This document shows, piece after piece, positions 1 through 8,830 of a DNA stretch of 64,000 nucleotides. Below the pieces are notes generated by a model. It was not told the origin of the DNA and did not search any database. It was given only the letters and a program-made list of their open reading frames with translations. Positions within the stretch are counted from its first letter, which is position 1, and each line of letters opens with the position of its first letter. The position numbers and the translations under genes were made by a program. The DNA is from Candidatus Bathyarchaeota archaeon (GTDB taxonomy: Archaea; Thermoproteota; Bathyarchaeia; 40CM-2-53-6), in contig CAVSBL010000002.1 in assembly GCA_963726255.1 (NCBI GenBank), forward strand, positions 2,080,001 through 2,144,000, in the 5' to 3' direction.

Positions 1-123
1 GTTTGGATATACGACAACATGAACGGCAATTGGATACGTGCAAGTCCTGACGGCTCAACCCGGCTCAAGCCCGGACAAGCCATGTGGGTCCTCGTAACCG
101 CGCCCGCAACCCTGAGGCCATAA
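1..123 (+). repeat. TLRP C-terminal repeat copy 1 (3' end of a GWNL-domain gene, cut by the window edge)
   Basis: Frame 1 reads VWIYDNMNGNWIRASPDGSTRLKPGQAMWVLVTAPATLRP-TAA, homologous to the C-termini of ORFs 3279..5285 and 7988..8806. Confidence 0.9.
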
Positions 124-171
124 TTCTTGAATTCTACTCGTCGAAAAAATCGATGAATTAAGAAGTCTTCA

Positions 172-1071
172 TCAGAGTCTCATTGCTGCTGAGATAACGT
201 AGCCCATGGCCAAGAGGGCGATTGTGAGATAGGCGGTTGCAATGTTTGCTGCGAGCGCTGGAACTAGCTTTCGAGTGTTTGAAAACTCACGTAATGTTAC
301 CCTGATGGCTTTTGCGGCGAAGGGGAGCGCGGTCAGAGCGATCAGAGTGGGCGGAGGGGTAAGGCCGAAGATTACCGATACGGGGATGCAAGCAACAGCC
401 AACGCCTCGAGGAGGGCGTAGAGTTTCGCAGAACGCCCCCTGCCCAGCAATATTGGAATGTTCTTTCGTCCGCCTGCGGCGTCAGCTTCGAGGTCAGGCA
501 TCTCATTCAGGAAGAGCACGTTAGCAATCATTATGCCTGGCGCGAGACCCACGGCCACGGCGCCCGCACTTATGTTACCGGTTTGGACGAAGTAAGCCCC
601 GATTATTGCTAGTGGCCCAAGGTTTAGGCCTGCCAGGAACTCTCCCAAGTAGATTCTGGCGAATGTGTTTGAGTAGAAGTAGACCGAGATGGCCGCGATC
701 GCCACCAGACCCAGGAGCGCTATTCCCCGCGTCAATACAAAGTAGGCACCGATTGGAATCGCAAGAAGGAGCGAACCCAAGCCGAACGATAAGGCGCTCT
801 TCGGTTTGATTAAGCCCGCGACTAGGAATCTGCTTCCGCCACTGAAGGGCGTTTTCAAAGTGGCCGCATCCACCCCGGTCTTATAGTCGTAGTAATCGTT
901 GAGCACGTTCACTGCGTTCTGCGCTAATGTCACACCAATTATTGCGAGAACGTAGTAGGCTAGGTTGAAGAGACCCTCCCGTGCTGCAACGGCCGTGCCC
1001 AAGCTGACGAGTAGAAAACTCATCAACAAGGACGGTTCCACAGCTTCGCGGAACCAAACCTTAAGCCCCAA
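172..1071 (-). CDS. menA: UbiA-family prenyltransferase, MenA-like (1,4-dihydroxy-2-naphthoate polyprenyltransferase)
   Basis: NVLNDYYDYKTGVD and NEMPDLEADAAGGRKN aspartate-rich motifs; multiple TM segments. Confidence 0.8.
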   Translation of the reverse strand: MGLKVWFREAVEPSLLMSFLLVSLGTAVAAREGLFNLAYYVLAIIGVTLAQNAVNVLNDYYDYKTGVDAATLKTPFSGGSRFLVAGLIKPKSALSFGLGSLLLAIPIGAYFVLTRGIALLGLVAIAAISVYFYSNTFARIYLGEFLAGLNLGPLAIIGAYFVQTGNISAGAVAVGLAPGIMIANVLFLNEMPDLEADAAGGRKNIPILLGRGRSAKLYALLEALAVACIPVSVIFGLTPPPTLIALTALPFAAKAIRVTLREFSNTRKLVPALAANIATAYLTIALLAMGYVISAAMRL

Positions 1072-1197
1072 AGCAACTTTGCGCCGAGCTTACCGTTTCA
1101 GTGATTATAATGGTGACGCTTGAACCCAGAGGTTACGGCTTTGAACCTAATGTATTCTGAAGAATCTTCGATTGATTGCTTGTGACAATGGCTGCGG

Positions 1198-1791
1198 TCA
1201 AGACATGGTCATGGTTACGGTTGAGTTTGAAGGTGCCAGAACAGTAGCTATGGCGGAGACCGTCGTTCCAACGTTGTACGCGCCCGACATGAACCTGACG
1301 CCGATCGTTACGCCGTTGGAACCGCCGTTGGCAATGAGCGCGTCATTACCCATGGGGTCCTTGACTAGGAGGAAGTTCAGGTATGGTGGAATTGCGGATA
1401 TGACATCACCCACCATCAACCCGGCTGGAACCACTACAACCTTCGATGAGGTTGAGAAACCTGTGATTTGCATTACCCCCGTTCCATCGATGTTTATCGT
1501 GTCGAGGAGTATGTCGAAGTCAGCGGCCCGGTTCAGGACCAGGACAATTCTCGTAATGAAGAATGGGCCGGTTCCTTGACTTGTGATCGTAATCTTGGAG
1601 TTTCCTAGGAATTGTGTGCTAGCGTAGACTCGAACAATGCCATATTGGGATAGGGGCATTGGGACGTCTGTGGAAGGAGGAGGAGCGAGCACGTAGCTGA
1701 GGCTAATTGAGGTTAAGCCAATCAGTATGATGGCCGCTGCTAGGATTGCAATCCTAGTCCTCCGCGCTAGGATCTTCCGCATAACACTCAC
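1198..1791 (-). CDS. Secreted or membrane-anchored hypothetical protein
   Basis: Basic N-terminus plus hydrophobic signal/anchor, then a beta-rich domain. Confidence 0.7.
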   Translation of the reverse strand: MSVMRKILARRTRIAILAAAIILIGLTSISLSYVLAPPPSTDVPMPLSQYGIVRVYASTQFLGNSKITITSQGTGPFFITRIVLVLNRAADFDILLDTINIDGTGVMQITGFSTSSKVVVVPAGLMVGDVISAIPPYLNFLLVKDPMGNDALIANGGSNGVTIGVRFMSGAYNVGTTVSAIATVLAPSNSTVTMTMS

Positions 1792-1989
1792 TAAGGTGGG
1801 GAACCCGCCGACCGCACAAAATTGCGCTCTAAGGATACTTAATGCTTTGCCATCACACCGCTCCTAGGCTAACGTGTAGACAACATCAAACAAAGGGCTA
1901 ATCCAGCCGAACAATCTTTCCAGGCTTCAAAGCGTCGAACGATCCCTACTTCACGAAAGCTTTAGTAATATCCGCTTAAGTATCGCGAT

Positions 1990-3132
1990 TTGATTTTCAT
2001 GAGAGCCCAAAATGCCAGTCTTCTGTTCACGGGCCTCATCTTGGCGCTTCTGGTGGCGAATTTCCCGATTCTGGTGCAGGCTCAGAGCCCTCCGCCGTTA
2101 CCTATGCTGTACACCGGGAACGTAACCCTCAACGGTTCCCCGGCGCCGGACGGCCTGAATGTCACAGCGCTAGATAACGGCGTGGTCGTGGGTTCAGCAT
2201 TAACGAGTGGCGGCACATATTCACTCTTAGCCTGTTCGCCCGAGAATTGCAATCAGGGCGATACGTTGAGTTTCAAGCTGAACGGCCAATTGACCGCGGC
2301 CCAAACCGTTGCAGTAGACACTAGCCAACGCGGAATCCCGCAAAACCAAGACCTATCCTTCACGGGAACATTATCGTCAGTCACAACAACCACGCCTCCA
2401 CCCACATCAACGACGACCGCCACGCAACAAACCACTTCAACGAGTTCGGCTGTGAGTAGCACTAGTTCAACCGAAAGTAGCGCTAGCATGACTGAGAGTA
2501 GTTCGGCTACGGTTCCAGCTACGACGAGCAATTCTAGCGCTCTTCCCACTGGCCCGAAATGCCTCATAGCCACCGCTACTTATGGGTCTGAGCTTGCACC
2601 GGAAGTTCAACTGCTCCGCAACTTCCGTGATTATTCAATCATGAAAACTCAGGCTGGGTCAAACTTCATGGTTGCCTTCAATGCCTGGTACTACTCCTTC
2701 AGCCCCTACGTTGCGAACTATATCGCTAGCCATTGGGTTGAACGAACCGTCATGAAGGGCGTCCTCTACCCGCTGATCGGAATGCTCTTCCTGACGCATG
2801 TCGTCTTCTCGGCTGCTGCCACCTCCCCCGAATTCGCAGCTCTCCTTTCTGGGTTGCTTGCGAGTTCACTAATTGGCGCATTCTACTTGGGCTTGCCAAT
2901 CGGCTTCCTCAGGGCAAAGCTCCGCCGGCTGCGCAACTGGAAAGGAGAGAGGCTATTCGAGCAATCGCTTGGGTTGATACTCCTCAGCGGAATGATTCTA
3001 CTAATCGCCGGAGAAGCCACAGCCCTTCCGGCATTGCTCATGATCTCATCGGCCGCAATCGTATTGTCAACCCTCTTCCTCTCTGCATTACTCACATCAG
3101 CGATGATTGGCAAGAAACTCCAAGCCGACTGA
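1990..3132 (+). CDS. Cell-surface protein with Ser/Thr linker and CFI-box-CTERM domain
   Basis: Signal peptide, small beta domain, S/T-rich linker, CLIATATYGSELAPEVQLLRNFRD (CFI-box motif), C-terminal TM helices. Confidence 0.85.
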   Translation: MIFMRAQNASLLFTGLILALLVANFPILVQAQSPPPLPMLYTGNVTLNGSPAPDGLNVTALDNGVVVGSALTSGGTYSLLACSPENCNQGDTLSFKLNGQLTAAQTVAVDTSQRGIPQNQDLSFTGTLSSVTTTTPPPTSTTTATQQTTSTSSAVSSTSSTESSASMTESSSATVPATTSNSSALPTGPKCLIATATYGSELAPEVQLLRNFRDYSIMKTQAGSNFMVAFNAWYYSFSPYVANYIASHWVERTVMKGVLYPLIGMLFLTHVVFSAAATSPEFAALLSGLLASSLIGAFYLGLPIGFLRAKLRRLRNWKGERLFEQSLGLILLSGMILLIAGEATALPALLMISSAAIVLSTLFLSALLTSAMIGKKLQAD

Positions 3133-3278
3133 ATCTTTAGAGACCGCAATTGGCGCCGATTCCTGCGTTTGGTCATGCCTTATGGCATAATTATTCGAAC
3201 GAGTTGAATCTACGTACCTCGTGGCTCCTAGGGCAATATTCTTGTCGTTATGAAAGGCGTTAAATAACGATTCATATT

Positions 3279-5285
3279 ATGTACTGTTGGTCGATTTTGC
3301 GTTATCATGTTCGCTCAACGATTGCGGGTTTGTTATCTTTCCTATTGATAGTTAGTTTCGCAGCGTTCATACCTCCATCCGTCTTCGCTGTGAATAACAC
3401 GATTACCGTCAAGGTGCTTCCTACTGGCGCCGGCACCGCCAAAGCTCTCCCTGCTCTCTCTGTTCTCCCGGGAACGACCGTGACCTTAACTGCGGTCCCT
3501 GCAGCAGGCTACTACTTCCAAGCATGGGTCTTAGAAAATATGAACAATGGAACGTACGGGTACTATTCGAACGTCAATCCTACGATGCTCAAGACAGATT
3601 CAGCGGGAGGAGTAGCCTATGCTGTGATTGCGTATTTCCAGCAGGTGAATCAATGGGTCAGATACCAAGGCAACCCGATTCTAACACGAGCAGCTGACCC
3701 AACCTCTTGGTTTAGTGACTATGTCTATGAGCCGAAGGTCTTCGCTCGGCCCGATGGAAGTTTTGGAATGGCTTTCAGGGGATGTGGCCCACTCACATTG
3801 ACGGCTTCATTTCCTGTGTACAACTGCAGGATCGGACTAGCAACGAGCGCTAATGCATTTACCTGGACGCCGAACCTCGCCCCAATCCTCTCCCCAGGCG
3901 GAGGAAGCTCAGTCAATTCTATCATAGGTAGCTCGAACAGCCCCTACCCATGGGATAATTACAGCATGAATCTGGGCAGCGTATTCTGGGATCCTTCGTT
4001 CTCGGGAGGAAAGTTTCTGCTATACTACAGCGCCCAGAATGTTTCATCATCGAGTACTCGTCCCTTTCTCCTGTTTAGGGGAATTGGGCTGGCATCGTCA
4101 TCTGACGGAGTAACCTTCGCCCGTGAGAATGGTGGGAAACCGCTTTTGTACACACAATTCACGTGCACAAGCGGATCCTGCCCGAGTTTTGCATACCCGT
4201 CCGTGCTCAAGCACGGCTCCACGTATATGATGTGGCAAAACGGCAAGCCAACCGGCGGACAAGGAGGAGCCATATTCCTCGAAACATCAACAGACGCTAT
4301 CCATTGGAGCCTGCAAAACGGAGGAGACCCCGTGTTAACCCAAGAAGACTGGAACGATTACGACAACTATGGTCATCTGATCATCAATCCACAATCCCTG
4401 ATTGACGCCTACAAATGGGACGGCGATTTCGTATATGCTCCAAGCGTGCTCTACGACGCCCTCGCGAACAATTTCAAAATGTTCTACTCTGGAACTGATT
4501 ACAACGGGACTTCATGTTGCAGGACGGGCTTCGCAACTTCACCCGAAGGAATAAACTGGAATCCATACCCCGGCAATCCGATCATCGCACCTAATGCTGC
4601 CCCTGCATGGGATGATGGTGACAGCACAGACCTTGTCGGAGCGTTCTACCTCAACAGTACGCTCATGGTCTACTATTCAGGGGACACGTTCAACTCTATC
4701 AGTTGCATTGAAAACGGGGATACCTGCAGTCACTTCCAAGCGTACAGCATAGGTTTGCTTTACGCTTCCGAGATTCCGGTAGTTGCCGGATGGAACCTTA
4801 TCTCGTTACCCGTAGTTCCCAACAATAACAACCTGAAAACGATCCTTGCCCCACAAATCGCCACGGGTCACCTCACAATAGTCTGGAGCTATTTGACGGC
4901 TACGAAGAGCTGGATATCCTTCACGCCTCCCTCCACGGGCACGTTGACTACTCTGGTGGACGGCAAGGCATATTGGGTGAGGATGACGACCGCAGACACC
5001 ATCATCGTGGGTGGAACAGTGATACCCCCAGCCGTGGGGCCTCCAAGCTATGTGCTTCCTCAAGGCTGGAACCTGTTAGGCTTCAAACCACAACCCAACA
5101 TCGAGAACGAAACCGTATCCTTCTACCTATCCAGCATTTCATCCGGCTATGACCCCAACAGCGTCTACATCTACAACAACCTTTCCGGAGCATGGACAAA
5201 GGCGAATGGTAACACGTTGCTTCTGCCAGGCCAAGGATTGTGGATTTACGTAACCTCCGCTACACCTGTCACCTTGAGACCGTAA
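3279..5285 (+). CDS. Secreted five-bladed beta-propeller glycosidase-like protein (GH32/43/130-like) with two C-terminal GWNL repeats (TLRP copy 2)
   Basis: Signal peptide; TVTLTAVPAAGYYFQAW repeat; repeated blade motifs (IGLATS, IGLASSSDG, STDAIHW, SPEGINW, GNPI); GWNLISLP and GWNLLGFKPQP repeats ending VTLRP. Confidence 0.8.
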   Translation: MYCWSILRYHVRSTIAGLLSFLLIVSFAAFIPPSVFAVNNTITVKVLPTGAGTAKALPALSVLPGTTVTLTAVPAAGYYFQAWVLENMNNGTYGYYSNVNPTMLKTDSAGGVAYAVIAYFQQVNQWVRYQGNPILTRAADPTSWFSDYVYEPKVFARPDGSFGMAFRGCGPLTLTASFPVYNCRIGLATSANAFTWTPNLAPILSPGGGSSVNSIIGSSNSPYPWDNYSMNLGSVFWDPSFSGGKFLLYYSAQNVSSSSTRPFLLFRGIGLASSSDGVTFARENGGKPLLYTQFTCTSGSCPSFAYPSVLKHGSTYMMWQNGKPTGGQGGAIFLETSTDAIHWSLQNGGDPVLTQEDWNDYDNYGHLIINPQSLIDAYKWDGDFVYAPSVLYDALANNFKMFYSGTDYNGTSCCRTGFATSPEGINWNPYPGNPIIAPNAAPAWDDGDSTDLVGAFYLNSTLMVYYSGDTFNSISCIENGDTCSHFQAYSIGLLYASEIPVVAGWNLISLPVVPNNNNLKTILAPQIATGHLTIVWSYLTATKSWISFTPPSTGTLTTLVDGKAYWVRMTTADTIIVGGTVIPPAVGPPSYVLPQGWNLLGFKPQPNIENETVSFYLSSISSGYDPNSVYIYNNLSGAWTKANGNTLLLPGQGLWIYVTSATPVTLRP

Positions 5286-5288
5286 ACT

Positions 5289-5312
5289 TGGAACACGGAA
5301 ACCCGTGTTCCA
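5289..5312 (+). terminator. Perfect 10-bp stem hairpin right after the 668-aa gene
   Basis: TGGAACACGG-AAAC-CCGTGTTCCA starting 4 nt after the stop codon. Confidence 0.5.
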
Positions 5313-5373
5313 CTTAATTTCCACTCAAGGCATTTCTGTCATGCTCCATCCAAGCGCGTAACGCCGGGTAGTG

Positions 5374-5460
5374 TCGTCGGCCGCAATCGTATTGTCCACT
5401 CTCTTCCTATCCGCATTGCTGACGTCAGCGAAGATTGGCAAGAGACTTCACCCAGCCTAA
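5374..5460 (+). pseudogene. Orphan 3' end of a CFI-box-CTERM gene (paralogue of 3046..3132)
   Basis: Reads SSAAIVLSTLFLSALLTSAKIGKRLHPA-stop versus SSAAIVLSTLFLSALLTSAMIGKKLQAD-stop; an in-frame stop at 5359-5361 lies just upstream. Confidence 0.9.
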
Positions 5461-5531
5461 CTGCACGGAAAGACCGAAACAGCAGCCACGACAAACCCAC
5501 TCCGCAATTTCACGATCACACTTTCCGTGCT

Positions 5532-5729
5532 CAACGTGGAATCCCTCAAAACCAGGACCTAGCCTTCACGGGAACATTATCATCAGTCACAACAACCACG
5601 CCACTGACCACAACTAGCGAAATGGTAACGACAACTACACCCATACCTGAATTCCCGGCGTTGGCATTGGCGCTGCTTGCCGCGTTGGGCGTGGCGTTCG
5701 CAACATTCTACAAGAAGACTCGGCGTTAA
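5532..5729 (+). pseudogene. Orphan alternative C-terminus of the 1990..3132 protein ending in a PEF-CTERM anchor
   Basis: 5532..5602 matches 2326..2396 at 66/71 nt (QRGIPQNQDLAFTGTLSSVTTTTP), then a Thr linker, PIPEFP, a TM helix and KKTRR-stop. Confidence 0.9.
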
Positions 5730-5776
5730 CCCTTCAGGTTCTCCATTTCTTACAGGTCCTACATTTTGTCTGACAA

Positions 5777-6367
5777 CTAAGATTCAGTGTACGACAAAAT
5801 TGTGGTGTGGCACACCCAGAAACCTGGTGTGTCAAGTTTCCGGTTTCTTCGTCTTGATGTAGCCTGATTGCGTTTTTTCGGAAGCACTAACGCAATTATT
5901 AGCGTGGCCGTGAGGGTGATTCCGATTAGACCTATGATGGCTTGATCGAATTCTGGGACGGGGCGCACGCAGACTAGAAAGTTGGTTATGCTACCCGCTA
6001 CCGTGATTTGTTGCAACCCGGGCGGGTGAGAGGATGGGCTGGTGAAAGTTTGCGTATTGTTTCCTGAGATTTCCACAACTGTGATGCTGTAGTAGGAATA
6101 GGTGGTGCTGGAAGTTTGCAGAAGTTGCACGTAGATTACTCCCCTGTAATGGCCTGTGCCGTTGTAGGGGGCAAGATACCCCGTAACGGAGGTCGCAGTT
6201 CCGTTCGCAAACTTGCCTGCGACCCCGGCGAGGCTGTAGTAATCGGAAGACGGCGCAGTAAGCTGATAATTGGAGTAGCAAGTTTGTGTTGCGGCTTCAG
6301 GCAATACCAAGGCTATAGCTAGGACGGCGAACAACCCGCCCCATAACAGCACTTTCACCGGAAGCAT
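5777..6367 (-). CDS. Secreted protein with PEF-CTERM-like anchor
   Basis: Likely start MLPVKVLLWGG at 6367 (signal peptide); VPEFDQ followed by a TM helix and PKKRN. Confidence 0.75.
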   Translation of the reverse strand: MLPVKVLLWGGLFAVLAIALVLPEAATQTCYSNYQLTAPSSDYYSLAGVAGKFANGTATSVTGYLAPYNGTGHYRGVIYVQLLQTSSTTYSYYSITVVEISGNNTQTFTSPSSHPPGLQQITVAGSITNFLVCVRPVPEFDQAIIGLIGITLTATLIIALVLPKKRNQATSRRRNRKLDTPGFWVCHTTILSYTES

Positions 6368-6587
6368 GCCCCCTAACTCGTATACGACTCGGGCCTGGAA
6401 TTTGAACCCACTTCGACCCCCTTCGACAATTGTCGTATGAAAAATCTGATTATCTGCTAATCGACGCGTTTCAATACTTAGGCTCCCATTATGCGCACTT
6501 AATGGCATCTTCGTGTAAGACGACTTCGCCAAGTAAATGAAAATATGGTTTAAGTATGCAATTGGTATCATTTGTAAACGATACGCA

Positions 6588-6908
6588 ATGACGTTGCGGC
6601 CGCTGGCGACAAGGGTGCCCAAGGAAGTCGAGCATGAGATACAAGACGTTATGGATTTCCTCAAAATCGAGAAGGCCCAGGCTGTCAGGATGATTCTGGA
6701 GATTGGAATTTCAGAGTGGAAGAAGAGAACGGCGATTGAGCTTCTAAGGGATGGAAGAGTAACCTTCGCAAAAGCCGCGAAACTAGCCAACCTGGACCTA
6801 TGGGACTTTGCGGATGTGGTAAGGGATAGGAAGGTAGAGTGGGTTAGCACCCCTGCTAGTGAGCTGGAAGTTGAGGCCAGCAAGGCCTCAAGGGCCGCAA
6901 ACGAATGA
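6588..6908 (+). CDS. UPF0175-family antitoxin
   Basis: AIELLRDGRVTFAKAAKLANLDLWDF signature; overlaps the downstream PIN gene (ATGA). Confidence 0.85.
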   Translation: MTLRPLATRVPKEVEHEIQDVMDFLKIEKAQAVRMILEIGISEWKKRTAIELLRDGRVTFAKAAKLANLDLWDFADVVRDRKVEWVSTPASELEVEASKASRAANE

Positions 6909-7417
6909 AATCCCTCATATTCGATTCTACGCCTCTAATCTACCTGACAAGAGTTGGACTCGTCAGACTGTTCGAACTTATTCCAGCCCAGAAGTTCGTT
7001 GCCCGTTCGGTTTTCAGGGAAGTGGTCGAGCGCGGGAAAGTGAAAGGATTAGCAGATGCATTAGCGCTGGAGGCTCTTTTCGACGCGAAAACCATAACGA
7101 TCAGTGAGCCATCGAAGAAAGCAGTTTTGCGCATGTTTACCAGCATAAGCGGCTTGGAGGAAGCCGATGCTGAAACCCTGGCCATCGCGAAGGAACAGGG
7201 TTATCGTGCCGTTCTAGACGACCTTCTAGCGAGAAAGGTAGCGAGAACCTACGGGATTGATTTCGTGGGAACCCCCTACTTGCTAATGATTGCAACCAAT
7301 ACTCGGATACTCACGAAAAAAGAGGCAACGAAGGCAGTCGACGAGATGATTGAAGCCGGCTGGAGATGCGGCCCCGAGCTATACCGCGAGATCCTGCGAT
7401 TGATCGAGCATAGCTGA
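6905..7417 (+). CDS. PIN-domain toxin (DUF3368-like)
   Basis: IFDSTPLI, VFREV, ADAETLAIA, LDDLLARKVA, GTPYLL motifs. Confidence 0.85.
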   Translation: MKSLIFDSTPLIYLTRVGLVRLFELIPAQKFVARSVFREVVERGKVKGLADALALEALFDAKTITISEPSKKAVLRMFTSISGLEEADAETLAIAKEQGYRAVLDDLLARKVARTYGIDFVGTPYLLMIATNTRILTKKEATKAVDEMIEAGWRCGPELYREILRLIEHS

Positions 7418-7444
7418 ATCCCGGCAAAAGAGAAAGTGACTTGC

Positions 7445-7960
7445 CTAGGCTTTGCGGCTTGACGTTCTTCTGCGCTTGAGGAAGAATAGGCTGAGCGCAA
7501 CGGCGGCGATTCCTACTACGCCAATTACAATGAGTTCGAACCCTGGGGTTGGCTGCGCTGGGTCGTGGACGTGGATTGTTGTTGAAGCCCCCAGCGTTTT
7601 CGTCATGGCATCGTTTCCCAGCAATCTCATGAAAGCAGAGGCTATGATTGTGTAGCCACCTGCAGTCGTTGGTGTCCATTTTTCGCTAACTATCAAAGCG
7701 TCGGCCGTGACGTGTGTGGATGAGTAGGTTGTTTGGTTTGAAGCGTTCAGTACTTGGATTTGGATTACGTAATTGTGGGCGATCATGGGTTGCATGCAGC
7801 CCGGAAGCAGGGGGAGAAAGGTTACGGTGATGTTCACACGCTCGCCGACAGCGTAATCGTCCCGATCGGTTTGGACGATTAGGGAACTGCACGCCCGGAC
7901 ATTAATTGAAGCAGCGCCGGCAAGGACTGGAAAAACCGACGCTAGGACTAAAGCCATCAT
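7445..7960 (-). CDS. Secreted Ig-like protein with PGF-CTERM-like anchor (possibly 5'-clipped)
   Basis: TDRDDYAVGERVNITV Ig-like motif; TPGFE, TM helix, KRRR tail. Confidence 0.75.
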   Translation of the reverse strand: MMALVLASVFPVLAGAASINVRACSSLIVQTDRDDYAVGERVNITVTFLPLLPGCMQPMIAHNYVIQIQVLNASNQTTYSSTHVTADALIVSEKWTPTTAGGYTIIASAFMRLLGNDAMTKTLGASTTIHVHDPAQPTPGFELIVIGVVGIAAVALSLFFLKRRRTSSRKA

Positions 7961-7987
7961 TAGGCTAAGGAATACGGAACGGGCGAT

Positions 7988-8806
7988 TTGCCTTTGCGAT
8001 CATCTTGCTCCTTCAGTCCGTCACCTGCTGTTCCAGACTATATTAGCACACTCACGATAAGCACGGAGCCTTCGACGCCAGCAGGGTCTTACGACGTTAT
8101 TGTGAACGGCACAGTCGGGATCGTGACTAACTCGACTAGCTTCAACCTGGTTGTGAATCAGCATCAACAATCCTGCACGTTGACCTCTCTCCCCTCAATG
8201 TACAATTGCCCGTTACCGTTCGTGCAGGGTTGGAACCTGTTTTCACTGCCAGTCACGCCTGTGGCTAACAGCACATTCCCGAACACTGTCGACGGCATCT
8301 TCGGTTCTAACCCTCAGTTTGGTTTCATGAGCAATGTGAGCAGCATCTTCGCGTACACTTCGGGAACATGGCAAACCTGTATGGTGACTAAACAAGGTTC
8401 AGAGGCGAATGCGAAGTACACCTGCACAGGGGCTTTGAAGAACTTGGTTGACGGCAGGGGGTACTGGGTTTACGCTAAGGTAGCGTTCACTTTGAACAAT
8501 CCAAACAACCTCGCTCCGACTTGGGGTGGGCTGGTCGGTTCGGTCATTCCCTCAACCTCTACACCACCAACATACTCGCTGACTGCGGGCTGGAATCTTG
8601 TAGGGTACAAGCCGCAACCTGACCCAGCTGTGTCGGAAACGGTTTCCACATACTTGACCAGCCTGCTCGGCAGCAGCTACGACCCTAACAATGTCTGGGT
8701 CTACGATAGTGCAACAGCGCGGTGGGCTCGTGGCACGGAGACGACGCTGGAGCCCGGCCAAGCGTTCTGGGTCTTCATGCTAACCCCGGCCCAGCTCCGC
8801 CCATAA
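7988..8806 (+). pseudogene. 5'-truncated surface protein: Ig-like fragment plus two GWNL repeats (TLRP copy 3)
   Basis: No signal peptide; begins mid-domain (STLTISTEPSTPAGSYDVIVNGT); head-to-head 27 bp from the divergent gene; GWNLFSLP and GWNLVGYKPQP repeats, ends AQLRP. Confidence 0.75.
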
Positions 8807-8830
8807 CCCGTCCCAATCAGTTGCCAGATA

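Noticed and set aside
1172-1579. 135-aa plus-strand ORF
   Set aside because: Antisense shadow of 1198..1791, which has a signal peptide and better protein-like composition.
2380-2545. Low-complexity ACN/TCN-rich stretch as a DNA tandem repeat
   Set aside because: Simply encodes a Ser/Thr linker; no exact repeat unit.
6368-6883. N-terminal 172 aa of the 368-aa ORF 5777..6883
   Set aside because: Antisense to the UPF0175 antitoxin and its promoter; a signal peptide starts at 6367.
8804-8806. Programmed stop-codon recoding joining copies 3 and 4
   Set aside because: The codon is TAA, not a pyrrolysine (TAG) or selenocysteine (TGA) codon, and it sits at the conserved natural terminus (LRP-stop).
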